Positions 17,496 to 29,267 of a DNA stretch of 64,000 nt are shown one piece after another (the first letter of the stretch is position 1; each line of letters begins with the position of its first letter). A program made the translations under genes and the position numbers. The stretch covers positions 11,345 through 75,344 of the forward strand of contig JAXEXP010000034.1 of assembly GCA_034113365.1 (NCBI GenBank), written 5' to 3'. The stretch is from Candidatus Spyradocola sp. (lineage in GTDB: Bacteria > Bacillota > Clostridia > Christensenellales > UBA1750). The notes beneath the pieces are model-generated. The model was not told the DNA's origin. It saw nothing but the letters and a program-made list of their open reading frames with translations, and ran no database searches.

Positions 17496-17855
17496 ATGAA
17501 AAAAGGCGATCTCGTGATCCTCGCGCTGGCGCTCGTGCTGGCCGCGCTGCCGCTGCTCCTGCTGCTGCCGGCAGACGCCGCCCCCGCCCAGGTCCTCGTG
17601 CGCCAGGACGGCCAACTGCTGCGCGCGCTGCCTCTGGACGCCGACTGCACGGTGGAATTTGCCACCGAGCACGGCACAAACGTGGTGGAGGTCTCGGGCG
17701 GGACCGTGCGCATCACCCACGCCGACTGCCCCGACGGCACCTGCATGCGCATGGGCCCCATCCGCCGCACGGGCGAGACGCTGGTCTGCCTTCCCCACCG
17801 CCTGATCGTCGAGATCACCGGCGCAGCCGAATCCGTCGACGCCGTGACGAGGTGA
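17496..17855 (+). CDS. NusG domain II-containing small membrane-anchored protein (DUF1312-like)
   Basis: MKKGDLVILALALVLAALPLLLLL anchor followed by NVVEVSGGTVRITHADCPDGTCMRMGPIRRTGETLVCLPHRLIVEI, which is the typical NusG-II block. The gene is divergent from apbE. Confidence 0.72.
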   Translation: MKKGDLVILALALVLAALPLLLLLPADAAPAQVLVRQDGQLLRALPLDADCTVEFATEHGTNVVEVSGGTVRITHADCPDGTCMRMGPIRRTGETLVCLPHRLIVEITGAAESVDAVTR

Positions 17856-17860
17856 CCGCC

Positions 17861-18367
17861 ATGAAAAAGCCCTCCGCCCGCTCCCTCGTGCTCGGCGCGC
17901 TGCTGGCCGCCTGCGCGCTGCTGGTCAGCTATATCGAGTCGCTCTTTCCGCTGCCGCTTCCCCTGCCCGGCGCCAGGCTGGGCCTGTCCAACGCCGTGGT
18001 GCTGCTCGCGCTGCTCACGCTGGACGTCCCCACCGCGTTCTTCGTGCTCATCACCAAAGTACTTCTCAGCGCGCTGCTGTTCGGCACGCCCGTCTCGCTG
18101 CTGTACGCCGCCGCGGGCGGCCTGCTCTCCTTGGCCGCCATGGCTGCGCTCAACAACCGGCACAGCGTCTCCCCCATCGGCCAGTCCATCGCCGGCGCGG
18201 TGCTGCACAACCTCGGTCAGACGCTCGTCGCCGCGGCGCTCACCGCCACGCCGCGCCTGCTGCTCTACTTCACGCCCCTTGCGCTGCTCTCGCTGGTCAC
18301 CGGCGCGCTCTCCGGATTCATCGCAGGCCTCTGCGCCCGCCGCCTGCGCATCCTCACCCGAACATAG
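17861..18367 (+). CDS. Gx transporter family membrane protein (heptaprenyl diphosphate synthase component I-like)
   Basis: Only the last 507 nt of track ORF 15782..18367 look coding: MKKPSARSLVLGALLAACALLVSYIESLFPLPLPLPGARLGLSNAVVLLAL... The product is polytopic. The start is 6 nt after the NusG-II gene stop. Confidence 0.72.
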   Translation: MKKPSARSLVLGALLAACALLVSYIESLFPLPLPLPGARLGLSNAVVLLALLTLDVPTAFFVLITKVLLSALLFGTPVSLLYAAAGGLLSLAAMAALNNRHSVSPIGQSIAGAVLHNLGQTLVAAALTATPRLLLYFTPLALLSLVTGALSGFIAGLCARRLRILTRT

Positions 18368-18426
18368 GCTCCCAGGACGGAACGAGGCCCCCGCCGTGCA
18401 GGCAGGAGCCTTGTTTTCCTTTTCCG

Positions 18427-20265
18427 TCAGTCCGGCACGCGCAGCGCGCGCATGGCGTTCAGAATCGCCAGCACCGCCACGCCCACGTCGGCGAATACCG
18501 CCAGCCACATGTTGGCATGGCCCGTCGCGCCCAGCACCAGCACCACGGCCTTGACGCCCAGCGCGAACACGATGTTCTGCATCACGATGCGCATGGTCTT
18601 GCGCGCGATGCGCATCGCCGTGGCGATCTTGAGCGGATTGTCGTCCATCAGCACCACGTCCGCCGCCTCGATGGCCGCATCGGAGCCCAGCGCGCCCATC
18701 GCAATGCCGATGTCCGCCCGGGACAGCACCGGCGCGTCGTTGATGCCGTCGCCCACAAAGGCCAGCTTGCCCTTGCCGCCCAGCAGCGCCTCCACGGCCG
18801 TCACCTTGTCCCCGGGCATCAGCTCCGCCCGCACCTGATCGATGCCCAGCTGCTGCGCCACGCTGCGCGCCACCTCGGCCCGGTCGCCGGTCAGCATCAC
18901 GGTGCGCTTAACGCCCGCGGCCTTCAGCGCGTCGATGGCCTGCTTGGCGTCCTTTTTCACCACGTCCGAGATCACAATGTGCCCCAGATACTGCCCCTTT
19001 CGCGCCACGTGCACGATGGTGCCCACGTTTTCGCACGCCGGGGCCGCCACGCCGATGCGCGCCATCAGCTTGGCATTTCCCGCCCAGATCGTCTCGCCTT
19101 CAAAGTCCGCCTTCACGCCCTCGCCCGCGATCTCCTCCACGCCGCCGACCTGCGCGCGGTCGATGCTCTCCTCGCACGCGCTGCGCAGCGACTGCGCAAT
19201 GGGGTGATCCGACCAGCTCTCCGCCGCGGCCGCAAGGCGCGTAAGCTCCCGCTCGCTGACGCCCTCGGGATGCACCGCCGTCACGCGGAAGGCGCCCTCG
19301 GTCAGCGTGCCCGTCTTGTCAAACACCACCGTGTCGCACGAGGCCAGGCTCTCCAGATAGTTGCTGCCCTTGACCAACACGCCCTTTTTCGACGCGCCGC
19401 CGATGCCGCCAAAGAAGGACAGCGGCACCGAGATCACCAGCGCGCACGGGCAGGAGATGACCAGGAACGTCAGCGCCCGGTAGATCCAGTCGCTCCACTG
19501 ACCGTGGAAGAGCAGCGGCGGGATCACGGCCAGCAGCACCGCCGCGCCCACCACCGCGGGCGTGTAGATGCGCGCAAACCGGGTGATGAAGTTCTCCGTG
19601 CGCGCCTTTTTGCTGCTCGCGTTCTCCACCAGGTCGAGTATCTTGGCCACAGTGGACTCGCCAAAGGGCTTGGTCACGCGCACGCGCAGCAGACCGCTCG
19701 TGTTGACGCAGCCCGAGGAGATCTCGTCGCCCACGGCAACGTCGCGGGGCAGCGCCTCGCCGGTGAGCGCCACGGTGTTCAGCGCGCTGTGTCCCTCCAC
19801 GATCACGCCGTCCAGCGGCACCTTTTCGCCCGCCTTGATCACGATCTCGTCGCCCACCTGCACCTCGTCGGGGTCCACCTGCATCAGCTCCCCGTCGCGC
19901 TCGATGTTCGCGTAATCCGGCCGGATGTCCATCAGCGCGGCGATGGACTTGCGGCTCTTGCCCACCGCGTAGCTCTGGAACAGCTCGCCCACCTGGTAGA
20001 ACAGCATCACCGCCACAGCCTCCGCGTAATCGCCCACGAAGAACGCGCCCACTGTCGCGATGCCCATCAGGAAGTTCTCATCCAGCATCTGCCCGCGGAA
20101 GATGGAGCTGATCGCCTCCCACAGCACGTCCCAGCCGATCAGCGCGTAGGGAATCAGGAACACCGCCAGCCGCAGCCAGCCCTCCACGGGCAACAGCGCC
20201 GCCGTGACCAGCAGCGCCAGGCTGACCAGTATGCGGATCAGCGTCCGCTTTTGCTTTCTGCTCAT
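18427..20265 (-). CDS. Heavy-metal translocating P1B-type ATPase (Cd/Zn/Co-type), lacking a fused N-terminal metal-binding domain
   Basis: SCPCALVISVP (CPC transport motif), DKTGTLT phosphorylation site, MLTGD, GDGINDAP. The protein begins directly with TM helices. Confidence 0.9.
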   Translation of the reverse strand: MSRKQKRTLIRILVSLALLVTAALLPVEGWLRLAVFLIPYALIGWDVLWEAISSIFRGQMLDENFLMGIATVGAFFVGDYAEAVAVMLFYQVGELFQSYAVGKSRKSIAALMDIRPDYANIERDGELMQVDPDEVQVGDEIVIKAGEKVPLDGVIVEGHSALNTVALTGEALPRDVAVGDEISSGCVNTSGLLRVRVTKPFGESTVAKILDLVENASSKKARTENFITRFARIYTPAVVGAAVLLAVIPPLLFHGQWSDWIYRALTFLVISCPCALVISVPLSFFGGIGGASKKGVLVKGSNYLESLASCDTVVFDKTGTLTEGAFRVTAVHPEGVSERELTRLAAAAESWSDHPIAQSLRSACEESIDRAQVGGVEEIAGEGVKADFEGETIWAGNAKLMARIGVAAPACENVGTIVHVARKGQYLGHIVISDVVKKDAKQAIDALKAAGVKRTVMLTGDRAEVARSVAQQLGIDQVRAELMPGDKVTAVEALLGGKGKLAFVGDGINDAPVLSRADIGIAMGALGSDAAIEAADVVLMDDNPLKIATAMRIARKTMRIVMQNIVFALGVKAVVLVLGATGHANMWLAVFADVGVAVLAILNAMRALRVPD

Positions 20266-20269
20266 GGCT

Positions 20270-20488
20270 TTACACCAGTATCCTGCAGTCCGGCTCGATC
20301 TTCCGGCAAGCCGCCGCAGCCTTTTTCATGATCTCGTCCAGCTTTTCCTCCGCGCAGACGATGGTCAGCTTCTGCATCATGAAGTTGACGGAGCACTCCT
20401 CCACGCCCTCGATCTTGCGGATCGCGTTCTCCATCTTGGCCGCGCAGTTGGCGCAGTCCAGATCCTGCATCTTGTATACCTTCTTCAT
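20270..20488 (-). CDS. Stand-alone heavy-metal-associated (HMA) domain protein
   Basis: ATG at 20488 follows GAGAGGAG. MKKVYKMQDLDCANCAAKMENAIRKIEGVEECSVNF is an HMA fold with a CxxC (CANC) site, as in CadA-type N-domains. The stop is 4 nt before the ATPase start. Confidence 0.8.
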   Translation of the reverse strand: MKKVYKMQDLDCANCAAKMENAIRKIEGVEECSVNFMMQKLTIVCAEEKLDEIMKKAAAACRKIEPDCRILV

Positions 20489-20509
20489 GGCGGATCTCCT
20501 CTCTCGCTC

Positions 20510-20561
20510 ATATGAGCATCTGTTCATATATTATGATATTCTCATCCTCTGGATTTGTCAA
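20510..20561 (-). promoter_or_regulatory. Sigma-70-type promoter plus inverted-repeat operator of the HMA/ATPase operon
   Basis: On the minus strand: TTGACA (plus 20556..20561), a 17-nt spacer, then TATCAT (20533..20538). An imperfect palindrome ATATGAAC-AGAT-GCTCATAT (20510..20529) follows, just upstream of the RBS. This layout resembles ArsR/SmtB-type operators. Confidence 0.55.
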
Positions 20562-20610
20562 GCCTTTGCGCAGATTTTTCCGAAATTTACATAAAGAGGT
20601 GTCCGCGCGC

Positions 20611-20639
20611 TTGCCGCCGGGCGGCTTTTCCACTATAAT
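20611..20639 (+). promoter_or_regulatory. Sigma-70-type promoter of glyA
   Basis: TTGCCG (20611..20616), a 17-nt spacer, then TATAAT (20634..20639). It lies about 55 nt upstream of the glyA ATG, which has an AGGAGGG RBS. Confidence 0.6.
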
Positions 20640-20696
20640 GAACCAAAGCGCACCGCGCTTTTAAGCGAACGCAACACAACAGGAGGGAATAACGCC

Positions 20697-21941
20697 ATGT
20701 TGGATCTGAAACTGGTCGCGGCGACCGACCCCGAGGTCGCATCCGCGATGGAGCAGGAGCTGGGCCGCCAGCGCGACCACCTCGAGCTGATCGCCTCGGA
20801 GAACTTCGTCTCCCCCGCGGTCATGGCCGCCATGGGCAGCCATCTGACCAATAAATACGCCGAGGGCTACCCCGGCAAGCGCTACTACGGCGGCTGCCAG
20901 TACGTGGACGTCGTGGAGGACCTGGCCCGTCAGCGCGCCTGCGAGCTGTTCGGCGCGGAGCACGCCAACGTGCAGCCCCATTCCGGCGCACAGGCCAACC
21001 TGGCGGTCTACTTTGGCCTGCTCGAGCCCGGCGACACCATTCTGGGCATGAACCTCTCCCACGGCGGCCATCTGACGCACGGCTCGCCCGTCAACATGTC
21101 GGGCAAGTACTTCAACATCGTGCCCTACGGCGTCAGCGAGCAGGACGAGCGCATCGACTACGACGAAGTCCGCCGCCTCGCGCTGGAGCACAAACCCAAG
21201 CTGCTGCTCGCCGGCGCGTCGGCCTACCCGCGCATCATCGACTTTGAGCGCCTGGGCGCCATCGCCAAGGAGGCGGGCTGCCTGTTCATGGTGGACATGG
21301 CGCACATCGCGGGCCTCGTGGCCGCGGGCCTGCACCCCAGCCCCGTGCCCTACGCCGACGTCGTGACCACCACCACCCACAAGACGCTGCGCGGCCCCCG
21401 CGGCGGCCTGATCCTGTGCCGCAAGCAGTACGCCAAGAAGATCGACAGTGCCATCTTCCCCGGCACGCAGGGCGGCCCGCTGATGCACGTCATCGCCGGC
21501 AAGGCGGTGTGCCTCAAGGAGGCCATGACCCCCGAATTCAAGGCCTACCAGCAGCAGATCGTCAAAAACGCCGCCGCCATGGCGGACGAGCTGACCCGTC
21601 AGGGCCTGCGCCTAGTCTCCGGCGGCACCGACAACCACCTGATGCTCGTGGACCTGTCTGCGCTGGACGTCACCGGCAAGGAGCTGGAAAAGCGCCTGGA
21701 CGCCGCGCACATCACCGTCAACAAAAACACCATTCCCTTTGAGACCAAATCGCCCTTCATCACCTCAGGCATCCGCGTCGGCACCCCCGCCGCCACTTCC
21801 CGCGGCATGAAGGAGCCGGAAATGATTCGCATCGCCCAGTGGATCGCCCGCCTGGCCAAAGAGGGCGACAATGCCATCGACGAGGTCAAAGCCGGCGTGC
21901 TTGCGCTGTGCGAGCAGTTCCCCCTCTACCCCGAGGTGTAA
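20697..21941 (+). CDS. glyA: Serine hydroxymethyltransferase
   Basis: Full-length SHMT with [32 protein letters not shown] and the PLP-lysine block [14 protein letters not shown]. Confidence 0.97.
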   Translation: MLDLKLVAATDPEVASAMEQELGRQRDHLELIASENFVSPAVMAAMGSHLTNKYAEGYPGKRYYGGCQYVDVVEDLARQRACELFGAEHANVQPHSGAQANLAVYFGLLEPGDTILGMNLSHGGHLTHGSPVNMSGKYFNIVPYGVSEQDERIDYDEVRRLALEHKPKLLLAGASAYPRIIDFERLGAIAKEAGCLFMVDMAHIAGLVAAGLHPSPVPYADVVTTTTHKTLRGPRGGLILCRKQYAKKIDSAIFPGTQGGPLMHVIAGKAVCLKEAMTPEFKAYQQQIVKNAAAMADELTRQGLRLVSGGTDNHLMLVDLSALDVTGKELEKRLDAAHITVNKNTIPFETKSPFITSGIRVGTPAATSRGMKEPEMIRIAQWIARLAKEGDNAIDEVKAGVLALCEQFPLYPEV

Positions 21942-21963
21942 CTTCCCGTCCTTCGTTCTCCTC

Positions 21964-22006
21964 AACAAGCCATTTTGCCGTCCCGGTGTAATGGCTTGTT
22001 TTCTCT
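21964..22006 (+). terminator. Intrinsic terminator of glyA
   Basis: Stem aacaagccatt ... aatggcttgtt followed by ttctctc. Confidence 0.7.
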
Positions 22007-22062
22007 CTGCATCCCTACCATCATTACTCCCGCTGAGAATTTCACAGAAGGGGCCGTGATCT

Positions 22063-22830
22063 ATGGATTTCGGTACAGCAACGCAAGCAATTTGTCAAAA
22101 TACACTTGGCGTCTGCCCTGAAGACCTCTGTGAATCCGTGCTGCTCTCGCCCGGTTGGACTCCTGATCGGCTGTTTGCACCAGACACGTTGCGTCCGCTC
22201 ACGGATTTCTCTCCGCTGCACGGCTATAGACTCTGGAACGTAGAGGACGGCGCAAAGCGCTTTACCTATCTACGCGCGGGTTTTGGCGCCCCGATGGTTC
22301 TGGACGCCGTGTATCTGCTCCGCTACACACCCTGCAAGCGCATAATGTTCGTAAGCTCCGGCGGCGCGCTGAGCTCATCCATGCGCGTGGGTGATCTACT
22401 GCTTCCGGAAATCAGCGCAAGCGGAGACGGTGCCAGCCGGTACTTACAGAAAGATTTACTTGCCGATACCTTTGGCGAGATCCAACGCCCCGACTCCAAA
22501 CTGTTTCAACGCCTTTATTCCACCGCCAGCCGTCTCTGCGCACAGCAAAACGTTGCCCTGCATCTGGGCTGCACCTTCTGCGTTGACACGATTGCCGCTC
22601 AACAAGCTCACATCCCGCATATCCGCAGCATGGGGTATAACAGTCTGGACATGGAATCTGCCGCTGCATTCAAAGCCGCTCGCCAGGCGGGTATTGCCAT
22701 ATCGGCAATTCTGCTCATTTCAGATACGCAGGAGCAATCATTGTCCGCAGGTCGCAGCGAACAGGACGCAGCATATCGGAGACGTGTGCGCAGTGTTACG
22801 CTCCCCGCAATCCTGAATGAAGTGCTGTAA
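22063..22830 (+). CDS. Nucleoside phosphorylase-superfamily (PNP/UDP-1 fold) protein
   Basis: RAGFGAPMVLDAVYLL, IMFVSSGGAL, VGDLLLP and the C-terminal NSLDMESAAAFKAARQAGIAISAILLISD block are typical of PNP/uridine-phosphorylase-like proteins. The G+C looks lower than the flanking genes by eye. Confidence 0.65.
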   Translation: MDFGTATQAICQNTLGVCPEDLCESVLLSPGWTPDRLFAPDTLRPLTDFSPLHGYRLWNVEDGAKRFTYLRAGFGAPMVLDAVYLLRYTPCKRIMFVSSGGALSSSMRVGDLLLPEISASGDGASRYLQKDLLADTFGEIQRPDSKLFQRLYSTASRLCAQQNVALHLGCTFCVDTIAAQQAHIPHIRSMGYNSLDMESAAAFKAARQAGIAISAILLISDTQEQSLSAGRSEQDAAYRRRVRSVTLPAILNEVL

Positions 22831-22864
22831 AAGTCTGTTGCCGCACAAACTCTTCCGTACAATA

Positions 22865-22905
22865 AAACCGCATCCGAACGGTTCCGTCCGGATGCGGTTT
22901 TGTTT
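22865..22905 (+). terminator. Intrinsic terminator after the PNP-like gene
   Basis: Stem aaaccgcatccg ... cggatgcggttt followed by tgttt. The hairpin sequence is related to the one at 23551..23595. Confidence 0.75.
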
Positions 22906-22988
22906 AATATAATCAGGTGTTCCAAAAAGCGGTGAATAGATGTATAATAAGTCCAAAGACAATCGGCATTTATTAAGGAGGGAAAACG

Positions 22989-23381
22989 ATGGATAAAGAA
23001 TGGGAAAGATTATATGAAGAAGCGATGAGTGTTTTGAACCCCCATGATGTTTCAAATAAAATGTGGGTAGGAAGTGTGGCCTCTGCCGTACTCACAATAA
23101 AAGGTAATATTTACAAGGGTATATGTATTGATACTGATGGCTCTATTGGAATGTGTGCCGAAAGAAATGCTTTATCAACAATGCTTACATATGGCGAAAG
23201 TGAGATTAAAAAAGTGGTTTCGGTATACAAAGATGGAAATGTAATTCCGTCTTGCGGCATTTGCAGAGAATTTATGATGCATTTAGGCGGAGATGTGGAG
23301 AATATTGAAATTCTATTGGATAAAGACGGACGAACAAGTAAATTGATTGATTTGATGCCCGAATATCCACGACACAAATAA
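22989..23381 (+). CDS. Cytidine deaminase-fold zinc enzyme (cytidine/blasticidin-S deaminase-like), 130 aa
   Basis: CAERNA (Zn/Glu motif) and SCGICREF (second Zn motif, Ser in place of the usual Pro) at homotetrameric-CDA spacing. The RBS is AAGGAGGG. The gene is strikingly AT-rich relative to the rest of the window. Confidence 0.78.
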   Translation: MDKEWERLYEEAMSVLNPHDVSNKMWVGSVASAVLTIKGNIYKGICIDTDGSIGMCAERNALSTMLTYGESEIKKVVSVYKDGNVIPSCGICREFMMHLGGDVENIEILLDKDGRTSKLIDLMPEYPRHK

Positions 23382-23458
23382 ACTTGCCTTTATCGAAATG
23401 ACATAAAACATTTTCTTTCCAATATTTGGGGCAGTGTCAGCTAAAGAACGCCCAAAGT

Positions 23459-23516
23459 CCTTCCCCCGCTAGAGGGAAGGTGGCAAGCCGAAGGCTTGAC
23501 GGATGAGGGGCCCCCC
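23459..23516 (+). repeat. Divergent copy (R1) of the three-hairpin intergenic repeat family, read in the sense of the upstream deaminase-like gene
   Basis: ccttcccccgctagagggaagg-tg-gcaagccgaaggcttgac-ggatgagg-ggcccc. It has the same order of three hairpins and the GATGAGG linker as the reverse complements of R2-R4, but different stem sequences. Confidence 0.6.
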
Positions 23517-23545
23517 ATCCACACTCCTCCCGCCTGGAAGCGCTA

Positions 23546-23595
23546 TGCAAAAAACTGCGCATCTGAACGCTTTTTCCGTCCGGATGCGCAGTTTT
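23546..23595 (-). terminator. Intrinsic terminator of gyrA
   Basis: Minus strand: AAAACTGCGCATCCG ... CAGATGCGCAGTTTT followed by TTGC, i.e. a stem of about 13 bp plus a U-run. It lies 8 nt past the gyrA stop. Confidence 0.8.
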
Positions 23596-23602
23596 ACTTT
23601 AT

Positions 23603-26209
<2,607 letters not shown>

Positions 26210-26224
26210 ATCTGTCTCCTTGCG

Positions 26225-28141
<1,917 letters not shown>

Positions 28142-28155
28142 TCATTTCACCTCGT

Positions 28156-28407
28156 TTATGCTGATCCGCTCTCCACGCGTTTGCGCAGCGTCTGCGCCGA
28201 AATGGGCGATAAAAAAAACATGCGGCGCGGGCCGGCAGCGGTGACGACCAGGGATTTGACCTCCTGAGCGCCCACGCGCTGTACGCTTCCGCCGCTCTCC
28301 TGCGCCGAAAGCGCCTGCTCCACCAGCTCCGGATGGGCGCGCGCATCCAGCACGGCAACGATGGAGGAAAGCGGAACAAACGCATCGCAGCCGATGTGCA
28401 GAATCAT
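28156..28407 (-). CDS. DUF370 protein (RemB/YaaB-like) upstream of gyrB
   Basis: The 83-aa product MILHIGCDAFVPLSSIVAVLD...KSLVVT... matches the RemB/YaaB pattern and its conserved position immediately 5' of gyrB in Firmicutes. The RBS is AAGGAGG. Confidence 0.78.
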   Translation of the reverse strand: MILHIGCDAFVPLSSIVAVLDARAHPELVEQALSAQESGGSVQRVGAQEVKSLVVTAAGPRRMFFLSPISAQTLRKRVESGSA

Positions 28408-28445
28408 GGCCGGCCTCCTTGCCGCAGAAATTTTTCTACTTATAT

Positions 28446-28454
28446 ATTATATCA
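28446..28454 (-). promoter_or_regulatory. Extended -10 element (TGATATAAT) of the remB-gyrB-gyrA promoter
   Basis: The reverse complement of attatatca is TGATATAAT. It sits in an AT-rich 140-bp gap about 40 nt upstream of the remB-like ATG. I found no convincing -35. Confidence 0.45.
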
Positions 28455-28503
28455 GATTTTTGTATTGATTGAAAGCAATGGGACATGATTTAACAAATGA
28501 ATT

Positions 28504-28540
28504 ACGCACCGTGCGGCACAAACCCCTCCGCACGGTGCGC
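28504..28540 (-). terminator. Terminator hairpin after the NUDIX gene
   Basis: A 12/13-bp stem, acgcaccgtgcgg ... ccgcacggtgcgc, lies 9 nt past the stop. On the minus strand it is followed by AATTCATTTGTT, a weak U-tract. Confidence 0.55.
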
Positions 28541-28548
28541 AACGTCCA

Positions 28549-29163
28549 TCATTTTTCGTTTTCCCAAAGCATTTCCACTGCCTGACAGAGTATTTTTCCG
28601 TGGTCAAACGCCAATCCCTGCTGCCGCACGAGCGTACAGACCGTCTGCCCGCCAAAGGGCGACGCCGTCCGCTCCACGGCGCATTCCGCAAACAGCGACT
28701 CTCCGCCGCCGGTCAGCATCAGCTGCAAGCGGCCCTCCCGGCGCTGCACCGCCACGTCGAACCAGCGCGCATCCGCCGCATCGTCGCCCGCCTGCGCGCA
28801 TGCTGCGCCGCCCTCCAGCAGCGCCGCATAGGGCTGCGTCATGGTCCAGCCGCGCTTGTCGCGCCCCGGCGTGCTCACCAGCGGCAGGGGATAGAGCGCA
28901 AGACCCTGCACGTGCGTCTCCTCAAAGAGCTCCCTTGCGGCGGCCTGCCGCGTGGTCTCCCGGGGCTCCACAAAGCCGCCGGGGAGCGCCCACAGACCCA
29001 GGCAGGGGTGCCCCGCGCGGCGCACCAGCAGCGCCTGCAGCGCCCCCTGACGGCGCGCCAGCACCACAAGATCCACCGTCACCGAAGGGCGTGGATATTT
29101 CCCCGGCGTGTACTGCGCCAGAAATTGTTCCTCCGTCAAGCCGTTTTTGTCCCGCAATTCCAT
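28549..29163 (-). CDS. NUDIX hydrolase
   Basis: Nudix box GGFVEPRETTRQAAARELFEETHV (GX5EX7REUXEEXGU). Confidence 0.85.
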   Translation of the reverse strand: MELRDKNGLTEEQFLAQYTPGKYPRPSVTVDLVVLARRQGALQALLVRRAGHPCLGLWALPGGFVEPRETTRQAAARELFEETHVQGLALYPLPLVSTPGRDKRGWTMTQPYAALLEGGAACAQAGDDAADARWFDVAVQRREGRLQLMLTGGGESLFAECAVERTASPFGGQTVCTLVRQQGLAFDHGKILCQAVEMLWENEK

Positions 29164-29267
29164 GCGTCATCCCTCCTTTTTGCCACCCCATGATACCGCC
29201 AAACCGGCGAAACCGCAAGCCGGACACGCCGCAAAAGGGCGGCTTTTTCCGCAAAAAACGCGCTGCA

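Noticed and set aside
17640-17720. The SGGT sequence in the NusG-II protein, considered as a possible ApbE flavinylation site.
   Set aside because: The canonical motif, as I recall it (D-x-x-[ST]-G-A-[ST]), needs an upstream Asp and an Ala before the modified Thr/Ser. Here the context is V-E-V-S-G-G-T, so there is no real match.
15782-18367. 861-aa plus-strand ORF.
   Set aside because: Only the last 507 nt (17861..18367, the Gx transporter) have protein-like composition plus an RBS and ATG. The upstream part is antisense to rlmD and apbE.
20640-20696. Riboswitch or attenuator upstream of glyA.
   Set aside because: The leader is only about 55 nt and has one tiny hairpin. That is too short for the THF, ZTP or T-box elements known upstream of folate/one-carbon genes.
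28408-28548. Possible replication origin (oriC) next to remB-gyrB-gyrA.
   Set aside because: I could find no DnaA-box (TTATCCACA-like) clusters, and dnaA, dnaN and recF are absent from the window. The AT-rich gap is adequately explained as the remB-gyrBA promoter plus the NUDIX terminator.
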